64,000 bases of DNA from a bacterium (lineage in GTDB: Bacteria; UBA8248). This document shows positions 1 to 9,711 of this stretch, in pieces (the first letter of the stretch is position 1; each line of letters starts with the position of its first letter). The translations under genes and the position numbers were made by a program. The stretch is from positions 128,001 to 192,000 of the forward strand of contig OZ244799.1 in the NCBI GenBank assembly GCA_965219955.1, written 5' to 3'. Below the pieces are notes generated by a model, which made no database searches, had not been told where the DNA came from, and worked only from the letters and a program-made list of their open reading frames with translations.

Positions 1-832
1 GCGCGGATGCGGCTTCCTCCGCAAGGGAACCCAGGGATTTATCGAGATCGCCCATGCCTTCGAGTTCGCGCTGGATTTCGCCCGTTTTCTCGACCACAGA
101 TCCTTCCGCCTCGTATAGCCGCTCATAGAGCGAGGCAGCGCCTTCTATCAGGCGGCCCGCGTTTCTGAGTCTCGGCAGTTCGGCCTCGATTTCCGCCAGT
201 TCACCTGAGCGCAGCGCGGCTTTTTCGAGTTCTTCCACCTGAAACCGCAGGAGGTCCGCCCTCTGGGCGCGCTCGCGCACGCCGTCACGGTGCGCGCTCA
301 GTTTTTCCTCGGCGGTTTTCAGTTCGCGCACCAATTCGCCCAGTGCAGCTCGCGCTCCGCTCGTTCCCGCGAAATCATCGAGAAGCCCCAGGTGGCTTGC
401 GGGGCGCAGAAGGCTTTGGTGCGCGTGCTGGCCGTGGATGTTCACGAGGCGCTCGCCCACCCGGGAGAGCAGCGACGCCGTGCCGAGGACGCCGTTCAGG
501 TAGATGCGGCTTCTGCCCGCCTCCGCCACCCGGCGCCGCACGATGAGTTCGCCGCCTTCTTCCACCTCCACGCCCGCTTCTTCGAGCAGCGAGCGGGCGG
601 CGTTGCCGCCCGCGGTATCGGGAATCTCGAAGAGGGATTCGACCACCGCCTCTTTAGCGCCACCGCGAACGATGTCGCCCCCTGCGCGCGCGCCCAGGGT
701 GAGGTTCAAGGCGTCAAAAATGATGGATTTCCCGGCGCCCGTCTCGCCCGTCAGGACGTTCAGGCCGGAGCCGAAGGCGATTTCCAGGTCGTCGATGATG
801 GCGAAATTCGCGATCTTGAGGAGGCGGAGCAT
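1..832 (-). CDS. recN: DNA repair protein RecN (5' part; runs off the window start)
   Basis: Not in the ORF track. Minus-strand translation from ATG at 832 gives MLRLLKIANFAIIDDLEIAFGSGLNVLTGETGAGKSIIFDA, the typical RecN N-terminus with Walker A. It follows the NAD kinase gene, as is usual. Confidence 0.93.
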   Translation of the reverse strand, partial: MLRLLKIANFAIIDDLEIAFGSGLNVLTGETGAGKSIIFDALNLTLGARAGGDIVRGGAKEAVVESLFEIPDTAGGNAARSLLEEAGVEVEEGGELIVRRRVAEAGRSRIYLNGVLGTASLLSRVGERLVNIHGQHAHQSLLRPASHLGLLDDFAGTSGARAALGELVRELKTAEEKLSAHRDGVRERAQRADLLRFQVEELEKAALRSGELAEIEAELPRLRNAGRLIEGAASLYERLYEAEGSVVEKTGEIQRELEGMGDLDKSLGSLAEEAASA

Positions 833-838
833 GGGATT

Positions 839-1744
839 TTACGTCTTCCGGCCGCCGCGCGGGTGGGTCTCCCACAAGAGTTTTTCCCTCAAGGTCTGGA
901 AGAAATCCGCACCCTTGGGCCTGATGATACGCACGGGGGTGCGGCTTTTCCTGATTTTCACCGAATCGCCCGCCTCGAGCTCGCACCCGGGGAAGCCGTC
1001 GAGCGTGAGGAGAACCTCGCGTCCCTCCGCTTCGGTATCCGGGAAGATGGTGATTTCAAGCTCCGTCTCGGCGGGGACGACGATGGGCCGGTTGCTGAGC
1101 GTGTGCGGGCATATCGGGTTGATGAGCATCACGTTCAGATCGGGCAGCACGAGCGGCCCGCCCGCGGAGAGCGAATAGGCCGTGGAGCCCGTTGGCGTGG
1201 CGACGATGAGGCCGTCCGCTCGGAAATAGCCCAGATGCCTGCCTTCCATCTGGACCTCGAATTCGACCATGCGCGCCAGAGGCCCGGTGGTGAGCACGAT
1301 GTCGTTCAGCGTATCGGACAGCGCGGGCGCCGCGCCCCCGTTGATTTGAACCTCCGCGCCCAGCCGCATCCGCGATTCGATGGAAAACTCTTTTTTGACG
1401 AGTATCCGCTCCAGCGCCGGGTAGAGTTCGGCCTGGGGGATGTCCGCCAGAAAGCCCAGGTGCCCTGTGTTGATGCCCAAAAGCAGCGGGGATTCCTCCC
1501 CGATGTTGTGCGCGGTGCGCAGCATGGAGCCGTCGCCGCCGAAGACGATCACCAGGTCGGCGCGCTTGACGACCTCCTCGCGCGCTGCGCCCGTTTCCTC
1601 TCCCGCCATCTGCGCCGTGTCCTGATCGAGATGGACCTCGAAGCCCCTTTCTTTCAGCCACGCGGTAAGGCCGGTGAAGTCGAGCGGGCTTTTTTGCGCT
1701 TCCGCCCATGCGGTCAGTGCGATGCGTTCAATGTTCGTCGCCAC
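839..1744 (-). CDS. nadK: NAD(+) kinase
   Basis: GGDGSML, GINTGHLGFL, LND and DGLIVATPTGSTAYSLSAGGP motifs. Start trimmed to GTG at 1744, which has an AGGAG RBS upstream. Confidence 0.95.
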   Translation of the reverse strand: MATNIERIALTAWAEAQKSPLDFTGLTAWLKERGFEVHLDQDTAQMAGEETGAAREEVVKRADLVIVFGGDGSMLRTAHNIGEESPLLLGINTGHLGFLADIPQAELYPALERILVKKEFSIESRMRLGAEVQINGGAAPALSDTLNDIVLTTGPLARMVEFEVQMEGRHLGYFRADGLIVATPTGSTAYSLSAGGPLVLPDLNVMLINPICPHTLSNRPIVVPAETELEITIFPDTEAEGREVLLTLDGFPGCELEAGDSVKIRKSRTPVRIIRPKGADFFQTLREKLLWETHPRGGRKT

Positions 1745-1817
1745 GTGTTGAATCTCCTGAATCAGCCTCGGTGGCAAGGTATCCCAGGGTCTGCGCCCCG
1801 GCAACCGCGCCCGCCGT

Positions 1818-2735
1818 TCATCCGCGCGCCTTCATCGCGGCGTCTTTTCTTCGCCGGGGCAGACGCCGCCAGTAGCGGCAGGCGTCCTGAAGCGGGCAGC
1901 CCGCGCAGAGTTTGATGTCTCTTTTGCTCGGGCAATGCTTCAAGATGCCCATCCGCGAGATGGCGAAATCGTAGCGCACCGGGTCGACCGGGTCGATGCG
2001 CTTCAGGTTTCTGGTGATCTCGAGCGCCATCTTTAAGTCGGGCGTCTTCCTGTCGGTGAGTCCGAGCAGACGCCCGATGCGCGCGATGTGGGTGTCGAGC
2101 GGGATGATGAGCTGGTGGGTTTTCGGCGTCTTCCAGAGGCCCAGGTCCAGGCCGTCGTCGGGGCGCACCATCCACCTGAGAAACAGGTGAAGCCGCTTGC
2201 ACGCGCTGCCGCTCCCGGGGTCGGGCAGGAGATAGGAAATGCCGCGCTCGATTTTCGCGTTCGCGGGCGCCGCCGGGAGGGAGCGGAACAGGCGCTCCCT
2301 GAATCTTTTGAGCGCTCCCTGGAGGGTTTCCTCTTCCGCGCAATAGCCTTTGAGAAAAAGCGCTTCGAGCGATCCCTCGCGCTTGAGCGCGGCGCCGATC
2401 GCCTGGGCGAAAAAACCAATGGCCTCAGGGCCTACCCACCGGTGGTAGAGGCCCTCGAAGAGGCGCGCGCTCTCCCCGGGAAGCTGGTTGCGCAGCGCGT
2501 CGGCGGGCCGGGGGCCGAGCCGCTCCATGATGCGCTTGACGCTTACGCGTATGGCGGCGGCGTTGCCGAAGGCCAGCGATGCGCTCAGAAATGCAGCGAC
2601 CTCGCGATCCCGCGCGCCCCGGTAGGCGTGCGCGATCCCGAGCGGGTCGGTGGCGAGATAGGCGTCGTGATAGGTGCGGGCGAGCGCGTCGAGCTTTTCC
2701 TTGAGAAGCGGGACGTCTCTCTCCCTGAGAGGCAC
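1818..2735 (-). CDS. TIGR02757/DUF2400 family protein with C-terminal Cys cluster
   Basis: SACKRLHLFLRWMVR, DLGLW, PLDTHIAR and DPVRYDFA motifs; ends with C-x8-C-x2-C-x5-C. Confidence 0.85.
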   Translation of the reverse strand: MPLRERDVPLLKEKLDALARTYHDAYLATDPLGIAHAYRGARDREVAAFLSASLAFGNAAAIRVSVKRIMERLGPRPADALRNQLPGESARLFEGLYHRWVGPEAIGFFAQAIGAALKREGSLEALFLKGYCAEEETLQGALKRFRERLFRSLPAAPANAKIERGISYLLPDPGSGSACKRLHLFLRWMVRPDDGLDLGLWKTPKTHQLIIPLDTHIARIGRLLGLTDRKTPDLKMALEITRNLKRIDPVDPVRYDFAISRMGILKHCPSKRDIKLCAGCPLQDACRYWRRLPRRRKDAAMKARG

Positions 2736-3184
2736 TAGAACGCGCCCCTGGAATCCAGCAGCAGGGTGACGGGGCCGTCGTTCACGAGTTCGACTTCCAT
2801 CATCGCGCCGAAGCGGCCCGCCGCGACCGGGACCCCCCGTTTTCCGACCTGCGCGACGAATCGCTCATAGAGAGGCTCCGCCTGCTCGGGCGGGGCCGCG
2901 GCGATGAAGGCGGGACGCCTTCCCTTTCGGCAGTCGCCGTGCAAGGTGAACTGGCTGACGACGAGCATGGCTCCGCCCGCGTCGAGAAGCGAGAGGTTCA
3001 TTTTCTGCGCTTCATCCGGGAATATCCTTAAACCGGCGATTTTCCCGGCGAGGAAATCGACGTCTTTTTCGGTATCCTCGCGCCCGACTCCCAGGAAAAC
3101 GAGGAGTCCGGCCCGGATTTCTCCAACCACCTCCGAATCCACCCGGACGCGGGCCTCGCTCACGCGCTGAACAACGGCTCTCAT
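2735..3184 (-). CDS. dtd: D-aminoacyl-tRNA deacylase
   Basis: MRAVVQRV start; SQFTL and NDGPVT motifs. Confidence 0.97.
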   Translation of the reverse strand: MRAVVQRVSEARVRVDSEVVGEIRAGLLVFLGVGREDTEKDVDFLAGKIAGLRIFPDEAQKMNLSLLDAGGAMLVVSQFTLHGDCRKGRRPAFIAAAPPEQAEPLYERFVAQVGKRGVPVAAGRFGAMMEVELVNDGPVTLLLDSRGAF

Positions 3185-3372
3185 TTCCGCTCATCCCGTA
3201 AGGTCATTTCACTTTCTCCAGGCCGCCACCATCCCGTTTGCGCTATATGTCGGCGATGGGTCCAGAATATACGCCGAGTCTCTTGAAATTCAACGCTCTC
3301 GAACCTCATCCCGCCCGGATCGCGTTTTCATATCCCCTGTCTCTCTGGTCCTGGTTGAAATACGGGGAGCAA

Positions 3373-3406
3373 TGTGCGAGAAATCATTTGCAAAATTTTT
3401 CGCACA
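3373..3406. promoter_or_regulatory. AT-rich imperfect palindrome, candidate operator
   Basis: TGTGCGAGAAAT-N10-ATTTTTCGCACA (11/12 complementary) in the divergent dtd / response-regulator intergenic region. Confidence 0.4.
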
Positions 3407-3463
3407 ACTCACTCACGTAATGGCGAATACGCATCATATTCTTAGCCACAATGGGGGCGGCCC

Positions 3464-4066
3464 TTGTCCAGCGCGGAGAAATTGTCCAGGAAAAAGGTGT
3501 TCACCACGTTCGAAGTCGCGGAGATTTGCGACGTCACGCCGGTTACGATTCAAAACTGGATAGACAAGGGCTGGCTGCGCGCATACCGGACGCCCGGGGG
3601 CCACAGGAGGGTGAGAAAAGAGGCGCTTCTCGCTTTTCTGGAATCGCGCAACATACCCCATCCTTTCCCGGAGAGGGGGGGAGTTCCCCGGGTGCTCATC
3701 GTGAACGGCGACCAGGGCCTCGCCGATTCTCTCAGAGAAGCGCTCCTGTTCGGTGAGTCAGGCTATGAAATTCAAGTGGCGCGCGACGGGTTCCGGGCAG
3801 GCGTCCTTTATTCGACCTCGCATCCGGATGTGGTGATACTCGACCTGAATCATTCGAATGTCGATGGCTACGAGGTGTGCCGCCAGATCAAGCAGAGCGA
3901 AGCCGGCGGCGAAACGGTCGTCCTGGCGTTCGACGGCGGCGATGGGGAAGGGCGCAGGCGCATTCTTGACATGGGCGCGGCGCATTGCCTGCCCAAGCCG
4001 GTGGATGCGGCGAGTCTCAGGAATCTGGTGAAAGAGGCCGTCCTGAATCGCTGGAGATCCGCGTAG
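3464..4066 (+). CDS. Excisionase/MerR-like HTH plus receiver-domain response regulator
   Basis: N-terminal FTTFEVAEICDVTPVTIQNWIDKGWLRAYRTPGGHRR (HTH_17-like); receiver domain with PDVVILDL and LPKP. Start codon uncertain. Confidence 0.85.
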   Translation: MSSAEKLSRKKVFTTFEVAEICDVTPVTIQNWIDKGWLRAYRTPGGHRRVRKEALLAFLESRNIPHPFPERGGVPRVLIVNGDQGLADSLREALLFGESGYEIQVARDGFRAGVLYSTSHPDVVILDLNHSNVDGYEVCRQIKQSEAGGETVVLAFDGGDGEGRRRILDMGAAHCLPKPVDAASLRNLVKEAVLNRWRSA

Positions 4067-4463
4067 GCGGATGTTGAAAAAGTCCCCCAAGAAGTTGTTG
4101 ATTCCCTCCAATCGAGAGTGTTCACCGTCATTCCGGCGAAAGCCGGAATCCATCCGCCTTTCGTTTTTATGGTGTAACCCCGACAAGAGGGGTTGGATGG
4201 GGCACGGCAAGGAGGGATGGGAAGATTGTTTTCCGATGTCCTGAGTAAGCGCCATATCACCCTCACCCTGAGTAGCCGCCGTAGGCGGCGTATCGAAGGG
4301 CGCTCCTCTCGGACAGGCGGCCGGCCTCCCTCGATACTACGCGCAAGCGCGCCTACTCGGGATGAGGAAGGTCGAACTCGACCGATGAGGGGTTGTAGAA
4401 AAGGCCCTTCTGACAAGGGGGGATAGGAGCGGCGCCCCCGACGAGGGCTTTTTCAACACCCCC
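4067..4463. mobile_element. MITE-like element carrying REP-like hairpins
   Basis: Left end GCGGATGTTGAAAAAG, right end CTTTTTCAACACCCCC, flanked by direct GTAG (4063-4066 and 4464-4467). Contains hairpin units at 4126-4152 and 4261-4367. Confidence 0.7.
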
Positions 4464-4531
4464 GTAGGCACGCCTCGTGGTTTTCATGGCGGGGTTTGCG
4501 GCGTCATCGCGTGCCGGGCTGAAACGTGTTG

Positions 4532-5419
4532 CTAGTTCTCCTCGGGCGCATCCTCATCGGCGCCCCGGTTTCTCAGGAAGCGCTCCAGTTCCCTGGCCAG
4601 ATCATCTCCCGAGGGAAGCTCGCCCGGCTGGGGTTCTTCATCGAAGCCGTCGTCTCTGAGCTTGAGCTGCTCCACGTAGTCTCGCACCGACTTGTTTTTC
4701 TCCAGCGCTTCATCGACCTTCTCTTCGAATTCATGCGCGCCCGCCTCGAGTTCGGAGAGATTCAGGGGATAGGAGAGAAACTCGCTGAGCCGCTCCACGA
4801 GAGCGAGCGCCGCTTTCGGGTTGGGCGTCACGTTCACGTAGTGGGGCACGTTCGCCCAGACGCTCACGGCGGGCAGGCTCTCGTCCCGGAACAGATTGTT
4901 CAGCACGCCGACGATTCCGGTGGGGCCCTCATAGCGCGAGGGCTTGAGGCCCAGTTGAGAGGCCAGATCGGGGTTCGTGGAGGTTCCGGTGATCCGGACG
5001 CGGCTCCGGTGGTAGACGTCGGCGAGCAGGGCGCCCACCGTCACGGCCATCCGCACCCGGCATTCGCGCACCATGGATAAAATGATTTTGGAAAAGCGTC
5101 CCCATTGCAGATGAGGCTCTACGCCCAGGAACACCACCACGTCGTGTTCGAGGTTCGGCGTCTCGCATGCGTAGAACGTGTTCGAGGGCCAGGTGATCTT
5201 TCGGCGGCTGTCCTCATCGAGGCTGACGTGGGGCCGCATGTCCTGAAAATTGTAGAACGGGTCGGAATCGATACGGGCGAATTCCAACCCCCCCATTTTC
5301 TCGGTGATGAAACTGGCGGCGGTCGTGGCGGCGCTGCTGGCGTCGTTCCAGCCCGCGAAAGCCATGAGGAGAGCGGGGTCTCGGAGCTTCGGCGTTTCCT
5401 GGATATTGAGATGTTCCAT
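4532..5419 (-). CDS. PAC2 (proteasome assembly chaperone-like) family protein
   Basis: AFAGWNDA, GVEPHLQW, GALLADVYH, YEGPTGIVGVL and WANVPHYV motifs; C-terminal LPSGDDLARELERFLR. Confidence 0.88.
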   Translation of the reverse strand: MEHLNIQETPKLRDPALLMAFAGWNDASSAATTAASFITEKMGGLEFARIDSDPFYNFQDMRPHVSLDEDSRRKITWPSNTFYACETPNLEHDVVVFLGVEPHLQWGRFSKIILSMVRECRVRMAVTVGALLADVYHRSRVRITGTSTNPDLASQLGLKPSRYEGPTGIVGVLNNLFRDESLPAVSVWANVPHYVNVTPNPKAALALVERLSEFLSYPLNLSELEAGAHEFEEKVDEALEKNKSVRDYVEQLKLRDDGFDEEPQPGELPSGDDLARELERFLRNRGADEDAPEEN

Positions 5420-5696
5420 TTGGTTGTCCCCCCTGGGCCGCTTTATGACTCTTAAGTAAAAGGAAGATACGCATTGTATGAGGTCTCGGGTGGGGATTCA
5501 ATCCTTTATTTCGTGGTTTCCCGGGCGGCGTTTGATGGAGGCGCGCCCGTGGGATATAAATTTTCAGCCCGTGAGTCTGCGGCGCTTTCCGGCAGGGGGA
5601 GGCGATCTCCCTTCTTCCGGGGCGGAGGAGTAGAGGAGCGGGCCGAATGCGTTTTCGCCTGAGGGATGAGCCATGAATGCGCCGGAACCGGCGGAT

Positions 5697-6455
5697 ATGA
5701 AGGACAAGGTGGTCCTGGTGACGGGCGGTTCGCGCGGCATCGGCGCCGCCATTGCGAGGCGCTTCGCGAGAGAGGGCGCGCACCTGGCGTTGAACCACAG
5801 GGACGGGAAGGGCCGCTCCGCCCGGATGGCGGACGAGCTTTGCCGCGAGGCCGAAGCCGGTGGTGGACGGGCGGTCGCCATCCCTGCGGACATTTCGAAA
5901 AAAGACGCCGTCAAGACCATGTTCGCGCAGGTGGAAGAGGAGTTCGGGCGGCTCGACGTGCTCATCCTGAACGCGGCGCGCGCGCCCTTCAAGCCGTGGG
6001 AAAAGCTGTTGGAGCGCGACCTCAAGCTCCTGGTGGAGACGAATTTTCTGGGCAACGTCTTCTGCCTGCAGGGGGCGCTTCCGCTGCTCTCGCGCCGGGG
6101 CGGGACCGTGGTGTTCATCTCGAGTCTCGGGGGTCGTTTCCATCATCCCGAATATCCGCTGGGGCCCATGAAGGCGGCCATGGAAGCGGCGGTCAGGCAT
6201 TGGGCGGAGAGTTTTGAAGATAAAGGCGTATCGGTCAACGCCGTCTGCGCGGGGCTGGTGAAGACGGATTCGTTCAAGACGCTGCGCAGGATTCAGCCGG
6301 AACTGGACGCGCTGCCGGAGCGTTATTTCGTGACGCCCGAGGAGGTGGCCGAATCGGTCTATTTTCTCGCGGGCGCCGGCGCGGCTTCCATACGCGGGCA
6401 GACTCTCGTGGTCGACAGGGGACTCAGCAACCGCCTGAACCGCCCCCCGGGGTGA
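5697..6455 (+). CDS. SDR oxidoreductase, FabL-like (putative enoyl-ACP reductase)
   Basis: TGGSRGIG, LDVLILNAA and Y-x5-K (YPLGPMK); first gene of the lipid cluster. Alternative start at 5673. Confidence 0.75.
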   Translation: MKDKVVLVTGGSRGIGAAIARRFAREGAHLALNHRDGKGRSARMADELCREAEAGGGRAVAIPADISKKDAVKTMFAQVEEEFGRLDVLILNAARAPFKPWEKLLERDLKLLVETNFLGNVFCLQGALPLLSRRGGTVVFISSLGGRFHHPEYPLGPMKAAMEAAVRHWAESFEDKGVSVNAVCAGLVKTDSFKTLRRIQPELDALPERYFVTPEEVAESVYFLAGAGAASIRGQTLVVDRGLSNRLNRPPG

Positions 6456-6590
6456 TGGAGCGGTGGAGATTCCCCGGAGAAGGTTGATTTTCGCTCCCCT
6501 CCTTGGTTGTATACGCTTGGATGCGTGGGGAATGTTTGCATGCGTCCCTACACGAGGACGGGCCGCGCTTGATCGTTACAGAGGACAACC

Positions 6591-7154
6591 ATGTCGCAAA
6601 ACCTGGTATCAGACGATACGATTTTGGAAGAGGTGAAAAAGGCGATCGCCCACACCACGGGAATCGACGAGGAAACCATCGAGCCGGACAGCTCCCTGGT
6701 GGATGACCTGGGCGTCTTGTCGCTCGATTTTCTGGACGTGAACTTTCGCCTCGAACAGGTGTTCGGCATCAAGATGGCGCGTAATTTCGTCCTGGAGCAC
6801 GTGGAGGAGATGTTCGGCGAAGGCGTGGCCATCGACGAGGAGAGCGAGGTGACGGAAACAGGTGTCGAGGTCTTGAAGCTGCGCTTGAACGAAGCCGCTG
6901 CGGATCTCGAGCCCGGCATCCCCGTGGATGAGCTGCCGTCCCTCGTTACGCCGAAGACGCTGGCGGGCGCGGTGCGCGACGTGCTGAACTGCCTGCCCGA
7001 GAAGAGCCCTGCGGGGGCGGACTGGAAGGCCGAGGACGGGACGCGCATCGTCTGCGCGCAGACGAACGAGCCCGCCGCCTTGCCCAGCGGGGACGACGTG
7101 GTTCAGAACTGGCTGAACCGGCTGCAGGAGGAAAGAGGCCTCTTCTCCTCCTGA
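6591..7154 (+). CDS. Extended acyl carrier protein (187 aa)
   Basis: ACP core SSLVDDLGVLSLDFLDVNFRLEQVFGI followed by about 100 extra residues; GAGGA RBS. Confidence 0.85.
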   Translation: MSQNLVSDDTILEEVKKAIAHTTGIDEETIEPDSSLVDDLGVLSLDFLDVNFRLEQVFGIKMARNFVLEHVEEMFGEGVAIDEESEVTETGVEVLKLRLNEAAADLEPGIPVDELPSLVTPKTLAGAVRDVLNCLPEKSPAGADWKAEDGTRIVCAQTNEPAALPSGDDVVQNWLNRLQEERGLFSS

Positions 7155-7192
7155 GGCCGCGGGCTTCATCCAAGCCATTTTACCGGGAGAAC

Positions 7193-8509
7193 ATGGGAAT
7201 GGCCGGTAGCGGCAGACGGGTCGTGATCACCGGATACGGGGCGATGACGCCGCTGGGCGGGGACGTCGCCTCCACGTTCGACGCCGCGCGCGAGGGGCGC
7301 TCGGGAATCGACGTGGTCCGCCGCTTCGATCCCGAAAAACTTCCCTGCCGGATCGCCGGCGAGGTGGACGACGAATGGATCGTCTCGCAGGAGAACGGTG
7401 CTGCGCGCAGGCTCGATAAATTCTCCACCCGGGGCGTGCGGATGATGCGCGTGGCCGTATCCCAGGCGGCGCGCGCGGCGCGCCTGGATGAAGTTTCAGA
7501 GCGCAAGCGAATCGGCGTCGCGCTCGGCTCCCACGGCGACCACCCCGATGTCGAGGAGTTGCTCCGTATCTTCCCCTACTGGAAGCCGGAAGGCAGCGAT
7601 CCCTTGCAGGGCGGGTGGGACATCCAGGGACTCAAAAGCCGCGGCGCCTACGACCTGATGACGTTTTTCAGAAGAAAGTCCGACGTGGCGACCTCGGTCG
7701 TCGCTCTTGATTTCGACTGCCGGGGTCCCATGGTCTCCATCTGTTCGGCCTGCGCGGCGGGGGCGCAGGCGATCGGCGAATCGGTGCGCCTCATCCGCGA
7801 CGCGAAGGCCGACGTCATGGTGGCGGGCGGCTGCGAGGCGCCCATCACCTATGTCGGGTTTCTCGGCTTCGTCCTGCTCACCGCGCTCGTGGAGCGATAC
7901 GAAACCCCGCAGGGCGCGTCTCGGCCCTTCGACAGGAGGCGAAACGGCTTCGTGATGTCCGAAGGCGCGGGCGCGATGATACTCGAGAGCTACGAACACG
8001 CGCGTGCGCGAGGCGCCGAGGTCCTCGGCGAAGTGCTCGGCTACGGCGATTCCTCGGATGCGTTTCGCATCACCGACATGCACCCGAGGGGTCTGGGCGC
8101 GGTGTTCGCCATGAAAAAGGCGATCGAGGACGCGCGGCTCGCGCCCGATGCCGTCGAATACATCAACGCGCACGGCACCTCGACGCCCAAGAACGATTCC
8201 ACCGAAACCAGGGCCATCAAGGAGGTGTTCGGCGCCCACGCGGAGAAGATACCCGTCAGCTCGAATAAATCCATGATCGGCCACACCATCGGCGCGGCCG
8301 GGGCCGTCGAGGCGATTCTGGCCGTGGAGGGGATGCGCCGCTCGGAGATGCTGCCGACCATCAACTACCAGAACCGCGACCCCAAGTGCGACCTCGACTA
8401 CGTGCCCAACGAGACGAGGGCGCAGGCGCACCGCGTGGCTCTCTCCAACAGTTTCGGTTTCGGCGGGCAGAACGCCTGTCTTTGCCTGGGCGGTCCCGGG
8501 ATCGCGTGA
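7193..8509 (+). CDS. Beta-ketoacyl-ACP synthase (FabF-like, catalytic triad intact)
   Basis: [29 protein letters not shown] and NSFGFGGQN motifs. Confidence 0.93.
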   Translation: MGMAGSGRRVVITGYGAMTPLGGDVASTFDAAREGRSGIDVVRRFDPEKLPCRIAGEVDDEWIVSQENGAARRLDKFSTRGVRMMRVAVSQAARAARLDEVSERKRIGVALGSHGDHPDVEELLRIFPYWKPEGSDPLQGGWDIQGLKSRGAYDLMTFFRRKSDVATSVVALDFDCRGPMVSICSACAAGAQAIGESVRLIRDAKADVMVAGGCEAPITYVGFLGFVLLTALVERYETPQGASRPFDRRRNGFVMSEGAGAMILESYEHARARGAEVLGEVLGYGDSSDAFRITDMHPRGLGAVFAMKKAIEDARLAPDAVEYINAHGTSTPKNDSTETRAIKEVFGAHAEKIPVSSNKSMIGHTIGAAGAVEAILAVEGMRRSEMLPTINYQNRDPKCDLDYVPNETRAQAHRVALSNSFGFGGQNACLCLGGPGIA

Positions 8510-9696
8510 GGTTGCCGCCCATTCCGATCACCGGCGCCGGCCTGGTAACGGCGGCCGGTCGAGGCGTCGAACCCGCCTGGAAGGCGCTTTGCGCGGGCCG
8601 CTCCCTCCTTACGCCGGATGCCGATCCCGAACTCGCCGGTTTTCCCCCCATCGAAACGGCGCGGTGCGCGCGGATCGATCCCGAATCCATCGGGGCGGAC
8701 CGCCGCGCGGCGAGAATCATGGGCCACCACACCCACATGCTCCTGGCGGCGATTCACGATGTGGCGGCTGAAGCCCCCGCCGGCCCGGCGGTTGCGGAAG
8801 AAGAAATCGCCTTTTTCGCGGGCATGGACTCGGTCGATCCGGGAAAAGACGATTTGGTGGGCGCGGTGAGGGAATCGGAAAGTCTGGTGGACCTGGGGCA
8901 TTTCTTCAGCGAGGGGATGGACGCCATCCCCCCGCTCTGGCCGCTCGGGTTGTTGAACGCGATTGGCTTCAGCCAGGCGGCGATTCAGCAGGGGTGGCGC
9001 GGCGAGAACGCCGTGTTCAGCGCGGGTCCGGAGGCGACGGCGCGCGCCGTCTGCGAGGCGGCGGACTCCGTGGGGGCGGGCAAGGCGAAGCTCGCTCTTT
9101 GCGCCGGTGTGAGCGGGGTGATTTCCGCCCGGATGCTGGCCCGTGCGCAGCGGGACGGTATCTGGCCCCGGGCCGGGGGGCTGGGCGAGGGAGCGGGCGT
9201 GATTCGCTTTGAGGAGCCCGGGGATGCCGACCCATCTGATATTCTTGGCTGGTTCAAGGGGCATTGCTCTGTTCGCGCGTTAGAAAAAAGAGGCGGCCTC
9301 GCGCGCGCGGTTCAGGAATCGGCCCGGGGAGCGCTCACAAGTGCTGGTCTCGAGCCCGATGATGTAGACCTCCTCGTGATTCATGGAGAAGGCGAATCCG
9401 GGGCGGATGGCGCGGAGGCGGAGGCGGTTTCCGCCGTTTTCGGGGCTCACAAACCTTGGGGGCTTGCGACGAAGGGCGTATTCGGCCACCTTTGGGGGGG
9501 AAGCCCGGCGCTGGACCTGATCATGGCGATAAAGGCGCTGGCCGAAGGCACGCCGCCCGCACCGCCCGCAGCGGCGGGCGGATTGTTTCGTGACGCGGCG
9601 GACGGCTCCGGGCGGAATGAGCTTAATAACGCGCTCGTGCTGCTTCAGGGCTTCGGCGGCGTATGCTCAGGGCTGGTGGTGGGAAAAAACGCTTGA
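8506..9696 (+). CDS. Ketosynthase-like protein lacking the catalytic Cys (chain-length-factor-like)
   Basis: GTG start overlaps the upstream TGA. KS-fold motifs (ITGAGLVT, GEGAG, KGVFGH, GFGG) are present, but FSAGPEAT replaces the SAC motif. Confidence 0.8.
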   Translation: MRLPPIPITGAGLVTAAGRGVEPAWKALCAGRSLLTPDADPELAGFPPIETARCARIDPESIGADRRAARIMGHHTHMLLAAIHDVAAEAPAGPAVAEEEIAFFAGMDSVDPGKDDLVGAVRESESLVDLGHFFSEGMDAIPPLWPLGLLNAIGFSQAAIQQGWRGENAVFSAGPEATARAVCEAADSVGAGKAKLALCAGVSGVISARMLARAQRDGIWPRAGGLGEGAGVIRFEEPGDADPSDILGWFKGHCSVRALEKRGGLARAVQESARGALTSAGLEPDDVDLLVIHGEGESGADGAEAEAVSAVFGAHKPWGLATKGVFGHLWGGSPALDLIMAIKALAEGTPPAPPAAAGGLFRDAADGSGRNELNNALVLLQGFGGVCSGLVVGKNA

Positions 9697-9711
9697 CGGG
9701 AGAACGGGAAA

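Noticed and set aside
290-1915. 541-aa plus-strand ORF
   Set aside because: Antisense shadow of recN and nadK in GC-rich DNA; no recognisable motifs.
3868-4426. Short ORFs over repeat regions (also about 25111-25630, 39164-39751, 48216-48624 and 55663-56269)
   Set aside because: They are translations of REP-like palindromes, with recurrent VIPAKAGI / SFRRKPES / LSSRRRRRIEG peptides, not genes.
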